Source of the DNA: Gordius albopunctatus
Lineage: Eukaryota
Direction: 5' to 3'
NCBI GenBank assembly: GCA_964276515.1
Contig: OZ193909.1
Span: 4,774,001-4,838,000, forward strand
Length of the DNA: 64,000 nucleotides
Shown: positions 50,302-63,359 of the stretch, in pieces
How positions within the stretch are numbered: position 1 is the stretch's first letter
Layout of the letters: each line of letters begins with the position of its first letter
The notes under the pieces: model-generated
Told to the model about the DNA's origin: nothing
The model's input: only the letters and a program-made list of their open reading frames with translations
Databases searched by the model: none
Translations under genes and position numbers: made by a program

Positions 50302-51893
50302 CATAGACTAGATAAACTGCTCATACCATATGTTCCATATGGTAATTTGAGTGTCAAATTTTCCGCCATTTTGAAGAGTTTAACAGGTGTATTTCAACTA
50401 TGGAATTTTACGCTATCGGGATAAACAATATTCTTTCCATAAGTAAGTACTATTTTATATTATATATCATATATATTTAGAATTTTAGGTTCCTGTTAAT
50501 GGTATTTGAATTTATTAGAAATCAATGGAATATAATAACGTTACAAGTAACACGCGCGAGAAGAGAACAAACGCGATCGAAGATACGATAATAAGAAATA
50601 CGCGAGAGGAAAGAACAAAAATATATAATCACCTGGTGTATCTTTTTACTCCACAGGCAACATGCGTACATAACACATCGTCAGTTATCCTCTACAGTTC
50701 CCAATCAAAAATCCACAGCTTCTCAAAACATAAATTCATAAGATAAGGGAGTTTGTAGTAACAAAATATGATCTTATTGCCATTCCAACAATTTTTGATT
50801 TTTCAGCACAGATAAACCTATAAACCTTTATTTATTGCTTTTATTAAGATTATTATTTACAACACTAAATACTATATTATTTAATCTTATTTTATTAATT
50901 TGTAAATAACATTTTTAATTCACCTATTAAGGAGAAGATAAATTGCTCTTTCAGAAAAAGGTCAATCAGATGAATTTTATTATTATTATATACAGTATAA
51001 TTTCATTTAAAGAAATGCAGGAGATATCAGTTGTAAGCCTTTATATAGATATTTCTATGGATGAAATGGCTAGCAAAAATATCCATTGGGATGGTAATCA
51101 GTATCATTGGTTAACTGAAACTTTATTTTTTTATAGTTATATTGATTTAAGACCTCATATGAACAATTCAAATTTGAAGACATATGCCTCTGGGGCTCTT
51201 TTTTTGATGGCAACGGTAATCAATTGTTTTTGAAACCTTGTGTTAGGTGTAACATCAAATCTCCTACAAAATATAGTGACAGAGTGTATTGCATTGAGCC
51301 AACTGGAGTTATTGTAAAGGCCTTGGTGTGTGATGGGTTTTCTGCTAATAGAGAAAAGTAAATTGACTTGTATTGAATGCATAATATCATGTAAAACTAC
51401 TGACTCTATCTTTAATAACTTCAAAATTAAATTTTATTAAATAAATAAAACATAATTTTTTTCTCATCTAATCAGTCTTAATTTTATTAATACATTAAAC
51501 TCACCATATTAATCAAGATTTTACACATTCTTAACATTCTTTTTCATAATCATTCCCGTAATTTAAATAAAAAATTAAGAATTAATATATGAAATAAATG
51601 GAATAAAAATTTTTTGGTCAATAACAGTCAATTTACCTTCCTTACAAGTTTATATATTCGAACTAACGTTAATAAATTAATATTATACATAATATAGATG
51701 GCGCTATATTTATTAAACAAACATGAAATTTATTTTATAATGCTGTTTTTGATATATACTCAATTCAATATTTTTATTTACATTTACAAAAATTACTAAT
51801 ATCTATATAATCACCACTTTACCATGTTCTCATCAAAATGACAGAAAAAGGGTACACATTTTGTGCGTTGATAAGCAGTCTATCTAGTCTATG
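50302..51893 (+). mobile_element. Internally deleted P-element/THAP9-like transposon
   Basis: TIR CATAGACTAGATAAACTGCT / AGCAGTCTATCTAGTCTATG; 8-bp TSD TTTGAAAC/GTTGTAAC (6/8); THAP remnant YSFHK|FPIKNPQLLKT*IHKI across intron 50443-50488; transposase remnants MDEMASKNIHWDG...YIDL, ALFLMATVIN, VKALVCDGFSAN. Confidence 0.85.
50494..50696 (-). mobile_element. Solo LTR of the same gypsy family as 375-4498
   Basis: Reverse complement begins TGTAGAGGATAACTGACGATG and ends TTAACA; perfect 5-bp TSD GTTCC. Confidence 0.93.
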
Positions 51894-51929
51894 GTTGTAA
51901 CTTGTAAGATAACGTTACGATTGACCACG

Positions 51930-52971
51930 TATATCTGAGCGTCTTTGGGTTCACGATACTCTACCCCAATTTTTCATTTAACGCAAACCAAAAGTTTTTG
52001 TACCTTCCCCGAGAGAACGAGACAGAAACATCTTTGCCACTCTTTGTTGCTCAGGCCACTGCTCAATAGGAGCTGCTAGCCTTTCGACCATTAGAGTAGG
52101 AATATTTCCGCTAAATTATCAGTGCCGTCATTATATACCACACATCAGCTATCGGCGCCGACACGGGCACACGCGATATCATTCCAAATTTCCTATAATC
52201 TTCCTTTAAATGACCCACCTCACTAAGTGCATTTCTTAACGACCAGTTATCAACTTTTAAAAATTAAGGCGAGCTAAGAGGTGTAGCGGTATAAACAATT
52301 TTATAAAAAATGATTCTAGAGTTCATTTTATATTAATGTGCTGACGTTTATTAGGGTTCTGACTATTCCGTGAAAGATTAAAAAGTGGAACTTCTTAGCA
52401 CACCAGTTTCGGAGAGGCTCCCCCAACCTCTGCATGTCCACTTTACTCTGGAGACCTCCACAATTAGGATACCGGAAATGCCGTGGTACGTGGACCTACA
52501 ACACGTCGAGAGAATTAAACGGCATAGTATTTCAAATCGGCCAACTAGACACGATCCTCTTAGACAGGAACGCTTGGAAAAAGTTTGTCAACAATCACCT
52601 AACCTACAAATTTCCTACCAACACGCCAAAAAAATTGATTACCATCCATAAACCACCAAGCCCTCTTCCCACAGTCTGACAATATTCAAGCAGGTACCAG
52701 TGTGCAACCGAACGAGGTAAATTATCCCTTATCTCCAGTAATTGTCGTAGATGGTATGTAAAAAAAATTTTTTTTTGTTCTTTTTGATTTTATATAAACC
52801 GAGTGTGCTGCCTACTGACTTGCGGCACCTCACCTGTACTATTGTGACATCTAGTCCAATAGGCCCTCATACACATCTCTAAAGATGTAGACTTTCACTC
52901 GTCTTAACCCGAGTAAACGTTAAGAAAAAACGACTGTTAGTCGGGGCGGACCTATGTATGTATGTATGTAT
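51930..52971 (+). mobile_element. Decayed LINE 3' portion with (TATG)n tail
   Basis: LLWRPPQLGYRKCRGTW...DRNAWKKFV resembles the RTE/RTEX-type C-terminal domain; ends in TATG repeats at 52953-52971; left boundary uncertain. Confidence 0.55.
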
Positions 52972-53862
52972 AAAAGAAAATTGAAGTTGTCGTATCTACA
53001 GGATAAAATTAGGCCCCCCCTAATAATTTATTACTCTGGTGTATTTAAGGTTTTGAATGTTATGTTTGTGGTAACTATTAAGATTAATGGGTGTATTTAA
53101 AGTTTGGAATGTTCTAGTTGTGTAAAACGATTAATGGGCTAGAAATTAAGTTTGGATAAGTTTGAAAACCAAAGCCAATAGGAAATAGGAAGAGCAATAA
53201 ACTCCCGGGGTTAAAGAACCCCAGTATTATAAAATAGAAAGAATCCCTTTTAAAATTCATTATCTTTATCCGCGTTATTTTTCCCCACTTCGCCATATTT
53301 ACCTGATAAAACCCGTGAACCCTTTCCCGTTAAGTTGCACCAGCTTAAACCCCTATAGACATACGAACCGTTACTTCAAAACGCTGATTTTACCCTATAA
53401 ACCCTACCTACCGACAATAAAACCCCAAGAACACTGTTCCCCGCCGAGATATTTCGTGACATATATTTGAGAATAAAAATCTAATAAAATTCTTGAACGT
53501 GCCTATTGTCGACCCTGATATAACAGCTAAAACCCCCCGAACTTAACACCCCAAACCCGGACGTTACAGAAGCCCCCGGAACATAACAGTATTCCCCAAA
53601 CCTAATAGCTAACGCCACGAAGATTAAAAGATAAAAAACCCTGGATATAACAGAATTAATGTCCAAAATTGAAATTTTTTACATTTGTATGTTAATTATG
53701 TTTTAAACAAATCGAATGGCGGAAATTCGTAATGTATGTATACAGATGTGGAAAATTATATTTCATAGTAGTTCGGAGATTCTCGATTAGGGTCGAGACA
53801 CTAATAGAAGATGTTACTGGCGTATCTATATATATAAAGTAAAGTGTATGTATATATGTATA

Positions 53863-56354
53863 CTAGCTGACCCGACAAACGTTGTTTTGCCATTTACCCC
53901 GGTGTATTCGCATAATATATCATCTTATAGTAAATTTCAATAGATTAAGAATATATCAAATATAATTGGTAAGTGTTTATTATGCAAAAATATTTAAACA
54001 AATAGTTAAAGAGGGCCCAAGGCCCACCCTAAGAGAAAACCTGGCCCCATGGGCCCCTTCCCCCAAGGGAAAAATCTTTGGTCCCCTCGCCCTTCAAGCA
54101 ATTTTTTTTAATTTTTTGTAATTAAGAAACAATATCATAATTATAATTATTTGTTTTTTAATAAAACTTTTAACTCTGAACTTAATAATGTCCGAAGAAC
54201 TGAGATATATCAACATTTATCGGCACTTTGTTAAAAGTATTTTCATTTTTGTCCTTATTTAACGCGCTAATACATCTGCTTACAAAATTTAGGTACATCA
54301 TTGGCCACCAACTGAGCTTTATTGCAATAGAGTCTCATTGTTATCATGTTTAGCTGATATATTGTGTAGTTTAAGCCAACAGGTACCATAATAGACGTAT
54401 CCCGACCCTCTACCCTCAATTTGCCCTCCGTTAATTTTTACTATTGCTTAAATTGTATAGGAAATGAATGCTCCTATACGAAGAAGAGCCTAATAAGGCC
54501 ACACAAAGACAGCAAGTAGACAGGGGTTTAAGGGGCAGAGCCCCTTGAGTAAGGTTTAGAGGGGCAGCCCCAGCCGGGGTACAGGCGTGAAGTCCTTTGT
54601 TTGAATCTTCTTCTTCTTTATCAGTTATTTGGTCCCACGGTCGTGGGGTTTGTTTTGATAAGTTTCTTGCATCTTGACCGGGTGAGTGCCATGTCTTGAC
54701 TACTCTTTAGTTTTCATAACTTTATCGCCTTGCCCGTTCCATGTGACACGGGGTCGTCCTCTTCCTCTCTTGTTCGGCACCTCCATGTCGAGTACTTTTC
54801 GATTTAGGTCATTCGTGTCCCCCTTAGTGTATGTTCATAGCACCTTAACCGATTTTCGTTAATCATGTCCGCCATAGGTTGAATATTCATTTTTGTCATG
54901 AGAAAGTCATTCGTCATATGGTCGAGCTTAGTTTACGCCAAGCTTCACCGTAGAATTCTCATCTCTGTGGCTTTTATAAGCCACCCTTCCTTGGTGTTTA
55001 ATGCGGATACTTAATAATCAATTTTTAATTCCTTAATTAATTTATTATCATAATGTCAAGTTCGACAAAATAAGGTTTTTTTAAACTCACTTTGTTGTTC
55101 ACATGTATTCCATCTTTATTTAGTTATTTTAATAACCCACAGTCCAGGTTTGATGATCCATAAAATGACCACTGTCTTACGTTAATTTGTATGAGTAGTA
55201 CGGCCCGAGGCGAAAAGCCATTTTTATTTTTGCCCCGAATCGAGCCCGGAGCAACATCATTAATCTCGCTTATTTCCGAAACATGCGAATATTCCCTAAC
55301 TTCATAAGCAAATCCTCCTTTTTGTTCAAAATATGCTTAGATATACAGCATTAAAAACTGAGATATCATCAGGGGCCGTAAAAAAGCATTGCCCACAAAC
55401 CTTAGTACTCAGATAATTCATAAAAACTTAAAGCAACCGGTAGGAGTTAGGGCGGAGTCCTTCTTAGAGGTCCGAAGAACTGAGATATATCAACATTTAT
55501 TGGCACTTTGTTAAAAGTATTTTCATTTTTCTCCTTATTTACCGCGCAAAAAATGGCAAAATTAGATTTTTAATTTATTTAGCCACGCAGGAGGGGACAC
55601 GACCGTCCTATAATAATAATAATTGACGTGAAAAATAAGCAAAAAAATGACTTTGATTTAATGTTTCAAATCGTAAAAAGTTTCCATTTTCTGCAGCACA
55701 TGCCTACATTTATCACACAACCCCCCCCCCTCCTAAGGAAAAAATCTTTGGCCCCCTGGCCCTTCAATAATTTTTTTTAATTTTTTGTAATTAAGAAACA
55801 ATATCATAATTATAATTATTTGTTTCTGTATAAAACTTTTAATTCTGAACTTAATAATGTCCGAAGAACTGAGATACATTACACATTTATTGGCACTTTG
55901 TTAAAAGTATTTTCATTTTTCTCCTTATTTAACGCGCAAAAAATGACAAAATTAGATTTTTTAATTTATTTAGCCACGCAGGAGGAGACACGACCGTCCT
56001 ATAATAATAATAAATGACGTGAAAAATAAGCAAAAAAATGACTTTGATATTTAAAGTTTTGAATCGTAAAAAGTTTCCATTTTCCGCAACACATGCCTAC
56101 TGCATTTATCCCACTACCTACACGATAGATACGCAGTTTACGTCATGAGGTGGCGTTTGAGTGAGATTTTACTAAACGTCAAAACGTATAAAACTAAATA
56201 ACTTGACCATCTTATGACTTAGAAATTTGGAATATCGTTTAAAACCTATTCTCAGACCTACCAAATATTCGCAGAAATTTTCATAAAAATGGGTCCAGCC
56301 GTTTAGGAGGAGTTTAGCAACAAACACCGTGACACGGGAATTTTATATATTAGA
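53863..56354 (-). mobile_element. Inner non-autonomous Helitron inserted in the microsatellite of the outer one
   Basis: Minus strand A|TCTAATATATAAAATTCCCGTGTCAC 5' end; 3' hairpin GGCAAAACAACGTTTGTC then GGGTCAGCTAG|T; internal duplicated blocks (54069-54265, 55470-55707, 55739-56100). Confidence 0.85.
54606..54980 (-). mobile_element. RTE LINE 3' fragment with (GAA)n tail
   Basis: EMRILR*SLA*TKLDHMTN, VLDMEVPNKRGRGRP remnants; similar to 21780-22200. Confidence 0.8.
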
Positions 56355-56686
56355 TATGTATGTATATATGTATGTATGTAAGGGTTAAATTCTGAAACTA
56401 CCGGCCCGATTCGCGCGAAACTTTACCCGTAGGTTTCCAGGGCGGCCAGGGGTAAAATAGCTTTTTCAGAATCCGAAAATTCCTTTTAGTTTTAAAAATA
56501 TGGGCCTCTTAGGTTTAAAAAATGGCTTAATTCTAAAACTATCGGCCCGATTCGTGCGAAAATTTAGCCGTAGATGCCCAGGGATGCCAGGGGTAAAATA
56601 GTTTTTTCAGATTCCTAAAATACCTTTTCGTTTTAAAAATATCGGACATTTCCCGGCCAGTTTAATTTACAGCAGCATATACAATA

Positions 56687-56886
56687 ATATACTTTAGAAG
56701 ATAATAACAACCCCTTTCAGGAGTGCCCGCAATTAAATTAAAAGAATACTCTAATTAGCGCCATCTATGGGCAATTTTAATTAGAGACTAATTTGAACTA
56801 TGTATATCCCTATCTTTTTTAGTATGTGACTCGAAAATGATAACAGACATATAACGTTTTCGCTCTTATTATCTTCTAAAGTATAT
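56687..56886. mobile_element. MITE with perfect 21-bp TIR
   Basis: ATATACTTTAGAAGATAATAA / TTATTATCTTCTAAAGTATAT; superfamily not determined. Confidence 0.75.
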
Positions 56887-58217
56887 CATTAACCTGCAAT
56901 TTATTTACTAATTTCTAATATAATATACAATAATAACGTCATACATACAAGGTTGAAGTTTTTTCGAATTATCTATTTAAAAGTATAATAAAAATGTTAC
57001 AGTATACGGTCAAAATCATTGTGGTTTAATCAACTATTTAAATTAAATAAATAATATTTAAATTATTATCACGTGGTCGATCATAGAAGCCTATTTTTAA
57101 TAATTATCCATCCTTCAATTAATTATTTTATTATATTAAAGAAAATTGTATTTCAAATAAATCAGCTAACTAGAAAAATAAAATAATGGTATTATTGTAT
57201 AATAAGTAACAGCATTTATCAGCAATTTTTTCAAAAACATTTAATTTTAGTCGGATTTGATGACTAAAACAGAATTCGCATTTGATTTGTCTTATTATAT
57301 ATATACTAAAAATAGTGAGTTCATAAAATCCATGACGTGATGAAATTCGTGCTCTAAATAAATATTATGGATATTTTATTTATTTGAATTATTATTTCAT
57401 ATATGACCCCATTTTAGATAAGTCTTATTAATAGGTTATACTTATTTAACCACTTAAGGACTGAGCCAAAGCAACGCTTGGCCGGGCACAGCTAGTTTAT
57501 AAATAAAACGCAATTATAAAATGGCGGCAAAGAAATCTAACCACTTCCGCCTATAGGTTAACCCGCGGTAAAAATGCCTCTCTTTGAACTACCCTTTCTA
57601 TTACAGGGGTTGAAGAACCGCTCTCCCAACCCTTTTACCTTAAATAGAATTAAATAAACCTTGTATACTGCACGATAATTAAAAACATCTTGGTATACCA
57701 CACGGATACCATACCACAATTAATAAACATATTTGTAAAAATAACGTATAAATGATATAAACATATGATTAAGCAATAGTATTCGTATTAAATGACAGGA
57801 TTTTATACGGGGTTTGATAAAACGTTAATATTTATCAAAATAGGGGTGTCTTAAGGAAATTATATTTTGAATTACAATAACTTACATTTTATTCTACAGA
57901 ATTTGTACACATCATAAATGGATCTGCTGTTTAATATAAAAAAATAAAATAAATACAAGGCCATTTGGTAAAAGATTTAAGGTTTATTAGGGTGCTATCT
58001 AGTACGACTATATATAAATAGATTTTATCACATCTTTTTAATGTAACGAATTATATAAATTAATGACGGCAAGACGGATCTCTTCATTATCAAAGCTTCA
58101 GGTGTAAAATGGGTAAATTTAAGGAGCATGAGGCGCACCATTTCCGTGTACGCAAACTAACCTCGTAAACCCTGATATGAGAACGCACATTAATTTCCTC
58201 TTCTTCTTTATCATGCA

Positions 58218-60360
58218 TAGTGATGCGGAAAAACCGGGAAAAAATCTCGGTCTCGTCTCGAAAAACCGAGACGAGACGAGAATTTGAAAATTGGAGTCGA
58301 GATCGAGACGAGAATTTCGATGTCGAGACGAGACGAGATTTTTTCGGCGAGATCTCGACTTTTTTTGATCATTAGATTTAAGTAAATTATTGTGTATTTT
58401 AATTTGCATGATTTACATTTAAGGTATTAAGTTTAAATCAATATGTATGGAATATATTTGATATTAAAAAAATTCCTAAGTGTAGTAAATATTATATATT
58501 TTTGCAAAAAATTTAAAATTTGGCAATCATTTACCTAAGTAAGGTTGACCCTATGGTTACCTAGGCAATTTGAATAAAGTAACTCGCATCGGTTACCTAG
58601 CAAAAAACTTAACCTTTATTATTCAAGTATTCATACACCTTAATCATAAAAGTGAATACATTCAAGTATTTGAATGTCTGACAATTCAACGTTATTATTC
58701 ACACAAATAACCTCGCCAGATGTGTATATAAACGCGATATTTGAAAAGTATTTATTCATTTGTTTTGCTTTCTATTAATTGGAAATAAAATAGTTGTTTG
58801 TTCTCCTACAATTCTTTGTTTAATAAATACTATATTTATTTTACTATATAGGACTTGAGCAGCAACAACCCATAGGGTATGTTAATGATTTTATAAATCA
58901 TAAATTTGTATCCATAGCATTATTAAATATTAAAAATTTTAGGCTTAAAATGAGTTCTGATGGAATAGTTAATATTACTAAAGCATATTTATATTTTGCA
59001 GTTACTCATCCTGCATAATGCGGTAATTATAAATTGGTAGTCAATCAGTTTGAATAAGTGGCTCTAGATTTTTGAGCACCCGGGTAACTATTTTAAAATA
59101 ACAACGGAGTATTCAATGATACCGTGATAGATTAAATCTAAATCATGGATTTTTTTAGAGTTTATATGCTTCAACTAGTAGTATATCTCCCAAATTTTTG
59201 AATATTAATAAGACATGATGTGAATACATAGTTTTTTTCACATCATGAGCACGGTTGGCAGGTGCATTTAAATTTATTATGTTTCCATAATTGTGCAATA
59301 TAAAATAGATACACGAACCTATACTGTATTCGATAAATAATTATTTAATGGCAAAGTTAGTTTAAATTGGAAGGTAATTATTTGGAATATAAATTTTATT
59401 ATAATGATTTCTGCAATAAATTTAAATACGTGCAATTTAAAGTTTAAAACCTTATCTTCTTAATCCTATAATAATGCTACTTTTATTGTTGTTTGTACAA
59501 CGTTTTGATATGTGCATTTAGTTATCAATTCTGTATACAATAATATTATAATTAAAAGTCAATCTCACTTTTTGGTTTAAAACGTGCAATAAACACTATT
59601 CTATTTAATTGATGATGGTAACAATAGACTTAGTCTATTAAGAAGCTTTAGCCAGGGTTAATAAAGGGTCTCAATTTGTTCAATTATGCAAATAAGTCAA
59701 CTATAAGCGAATGTATTATTAAGTCTGTTTATAGTTGACAAAAACAGTGAATTTGATACAAATGTAATAATTTGCTAGAACAATCACATTTAATTTTCTA
59801 TACTTCAAATTTATTTATAGTCTTTTAGTCTGCACTTTTGTAGGGGTTTAAGCCTACTTTATTTGTATAAGACCAAAGATCCTCTCTATCGTTAAGCATT
59901 AGCTTATATACCATTGTAAAGAGGTTAATATGAATAACTCTTAAGGTAGTTGGGGGCTATTAAAATTATAATGATTGGGAATAGAATAAGGAGGAGTATG
60001 AATAATGTGTATTCAAATATAGTAAGAAGGAATGTGAACAAAGTGATATCCAAACCATAAAGGTACCACTATTCTAATTAGATAATACCATACTTTCTAT
60101 AGAAAATTTTATCTTTATGAATTAATTCATATCTTTATATTGTCAATGAGATGTCGTGTCCCGCTAAATTTTTGAAAAGTTTGTGTATTAAAGTTTTTTA
60201 AAAATATAAAAATCTGCCATTTGGATGTTTTAACACTTTTTTAATATTTTTAATAAAACAGGAGAAAATTTTATAGTATATATTTGTTTTTAAAATATCG
60301 AGACGAGACGAGATCGAGATTTTGTTTTCGAGACCGAGACGAGACGAGATCGGAACACTA
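58218..60360. mobile_element. Non-autonomous hAT element with (GAGAC)n subterminal repeats
   Basis: TAGTGATGCG...CGGAACACTA; perfect 8-bp TSD ATCATGCA; inserted in an RTE 3' tail remnant (58195-58217 and 60361-60415). A related element begins at 60418. Confidence 0.9.
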
Positions 60361-62699
60361 ATCATGCATTACAGTCGTGGGGGTTGTTTTGATAAGTTTC
60401 TCTCATCTTGATCGCGGTAGTGATCCGGAAAGCCCGACAGAAATCTCTGTCTCGTCTCCTGATACGAGAATTCGAAAAATTGAGTCGAGACCGAAACGAG
60501 ACGAAATTTTATATTCGAGATCTCGGCTTAAAAATTTTCTTGGTAAGACATCAGAATCCTTCATAGTAAATTTAATTTATATTTCAATTTTGAATAATTC
60601 ACATCTAGGATGTTATAATAGATTAATATCATTGGAATTCTTTTAATATTGGATATTTGCACCCAGGTTTAATTAATATTGAATCTATATTGGGGTAAAA
60701 TTTAGATTTTAATAAATTTAGCTTGTTCAATAAAAAATAAGGGGCTTTAAGGGCCTAACTCTTTAATTTATTTTTTTACATATTTTTATCTTAAGCAATA
60801 ATATAAATTGAACCTACAAACATGAATTAGGGTAAAGTAAATAATTCAAATATCACAACAATCACATCATCCTGTCACAGGCTATGAAATTTTTAATCGT
60901 TAATTAAACAAAGTATTTGTATAAATTTGGCAGAAATGTTAAACATATGACTACCCTCACTGCTTGCCGAATCTTTGATTTCGAATGCATGTTTTACCAG
61001 TTGAAAAGACCATAATAGATTCAATTATGAGTCTGTCAAGATACATCTCTAAAATTCTCAAGCTACAAATCACATCATGCATTTGTTTTGCCATACTACC
61101 TTTCATATTATGACATGGTAGGGTTGGCAGATGCATTATAATCTATTTAATTTTCCTTAAATGTTAGGATTTTGCGAATCAATAATTTATATGATACTAA
61201 GCTTTATAGATAAATAAATATTTTGACGAAACTTTTTGAAATGGTACAAATAAATTTTTTGGGGCATTCTATTAAATAGTTTTATACTATCAGAATGAAA
61301 TTGTCCCTAGAATATTTTTTGCATAGAATATATTTATATTGAGGTGTAATATAAATATTTTTAAAACTCGTATAAAATATTGATTTGGTTAGAAAAAAAT
61401 TAATATAAAAGGTATGATCAAGGGTTATGAATAATTTTTAAAGGAGTTAGTTAAAATGAATACATAGGAAAGAGTTAATTTTAACTAAAGTAATTACAAT
61501 AGAAACAAAGAAAAAACTGGGAAATTTAAAATGTTCAACAAAATATTGTGAATTTTAAAGTTTTTCGTATAAATTATGAAAAATATAATGCGATTTGGTA
61601 CTTAGGGAATAAATTTGAAGCATAATAAGCTTAAACGGTATAGATAATTCATTAAAAATACTCAAAAGGGGTATTTGACGTATATTATGGGTGAGTATTA
61701 GAGGATGGCTTGTCGATAGGCAAAAAATCTTGGAAATATGTCGGTTGAAACGGAGGTCCAGGAAATCGTAATTAAGTTATTTAAAATTTCCGATACTTTA
61801 TCAACATATATAATCAAGTCCCGGGGGTGGGACCGATTACGGGTTTGGAATAAATCATATTGGTTTATAAATACCAATTTTAATGTTTTGGGTAAATAAG
61901 ATTATAACCGTTTAAATCTTATTACATTTATGAAATCTACCATTTTTTAAAGTAGCAAAAAGCAAATCCCAGTCTAGATATAAAATCATAGCGGAAATGA
62001 ATAAATTTAAAACAAGTAAAATTTATTTTTATTTAAACACCTGGATGGGGAGTGAACAAATTGATAAGGTTAATATGAGTAATTTTTACCCTAACATGTT
62101 ATAAGATAAAAAAAACAAATTAAAAGAATTCAGCTTAATTTCCTTTTTGATACGGGTTCGTTGAAAGCCCTGATTAATAGAGAAGATTGGTTTATATTTA
62201 GTGATTGTGGATTATTCAAATAATCTAAATTGGAAGTGCGACTATTTAATAATGACAATATAAGACTAATACGGCAGTGTTGTAGAGGATTTTTACTTTA
62301 TTAAAATATAAACCAATTATAATAATCTCTATCGTTAAACATTAGTTTATATAGCATTGTATCGAGGTTAATATGAATAACATTATTTTTATTAAATCGC
62401 CGTAAGATATTCAAATTAAAATGAGTGTGAATATAGTAAGAAGAAGTGTGAATATAGTGATATCCAAATCATAAAGATACCAGTATTCTAATTAGGAAAT
62501 ACAGTCGAAACTTCTTAATCGCAAATCAGATTATCACGAAAATCTTTTAATCACGAAGTTAACAGCCATTTTGTTTTTTTCAAACGATAATATTAACAAA
62601 AACATCGTTTATTGACAAGACTGTACCATATTACCCCCTCCTATTTGCATGGAGTGCAAAAAAATAAAAGTATAAGGTAAATGGAGTTATTGTTTGCTG

Positions 62700-63359
62700 G
62701 TGGTTGAGGCGTGAATGATGGTTGGTAGTTGTTTTGGTATCCGATGTATTAGTACTATCAGTTAAATTGGTCAGTGATGGGGAAAATGGTAATAATAGCA
62801 GGTGTTTGCATTGTATCGCCGAAATTGTTTGTCCTTGCTCATTAACGAGGGCCGTGTAGGTGTGTTGATGTTGAATATGGCCATGAGGAATTGAACAATT
62901 TTAGTCGGCGACAGACGTTGCAGAGTTGATAGTGTAGTAAGGCGTTTAGATTGTCATCGTATTCGCAACATGATAGGTAGGTTCGTTCCACAGTATTGGA
63001 ACACGTTTACCTCGAGATTGTTTGAGAGTTGAAGGATTGATTGTTTTGTATCTCGATCTCTTTGCCAGTGTAGTATTTGGTGATGGCTTGAGAAAGTAGT
63101 GCCCCAAAATAATCTGAATTGCATTATTTTTAACGATTATAGCCATGTAGCCGATACTAGAGAGAGCGTTTAGGGGGAAGAAATATAAAAAAAATATTGA
63201 CCTGGGGTTATAAGTAGGGGGAGGAATAAAAATATATTGGGCTCCCCCGAAAAAGCGGGGTCACCATTTGTAGAGTATTAAGTTTCTACTTTATTATAAC
63301 CCAAAAGAAAAGCGATTCTAATGAATGCTTTTAGTTAAAACGTCGTGTTTATGTACACA
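62700..63359 (-). mobile_element. Decayed gypsy 5' end (partial LTR, tRNA-Trp PBS, probable gag remnant)
   Basis: Minus strand ...CTCTACA-AA-TGGTGACCCCG (63256-63275), AATAAA about 20-25 nt before the LTR end; internal region only weakly gag-like; left boundary uncertain. Confidence 0.55.

Larger units (their letters stand above)
53825..57495 (+). mobile_element. Outer non-autonomous Helitron
   Basis: A|TCTATATATATAAAG 5' end followed by a TATG microsatellite; 3' hairpin GCCAAAGCAACGCTTGGC then CTAG|T; no TSD; ~140-bp tandem duplication at 56385-56650. Confidence 0.8.

Noticed and set aside
50120..50442. Alternative genetic code or stop read-through, suggested by a stop-riddled frame
   Set aside because: All three stop types occur together with frameshifts in a decayed transposon region; the four host genes translate cleanly with the standard code.
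53114..53666. Mitochondrial insertion (NUMT)
   Set aside because: No cytb, cox or nad motif could be recognised under the invertebrate mitochondrial code; kept only as an unresolved low-interest finding.
57518..57560. Promoter or gene start (YY1-like AAAATGGCGGC, ETS-like ACTTCCG)
   Set aside because: The ATG frame closes after 11 codons and no downstream exons could be assembled.
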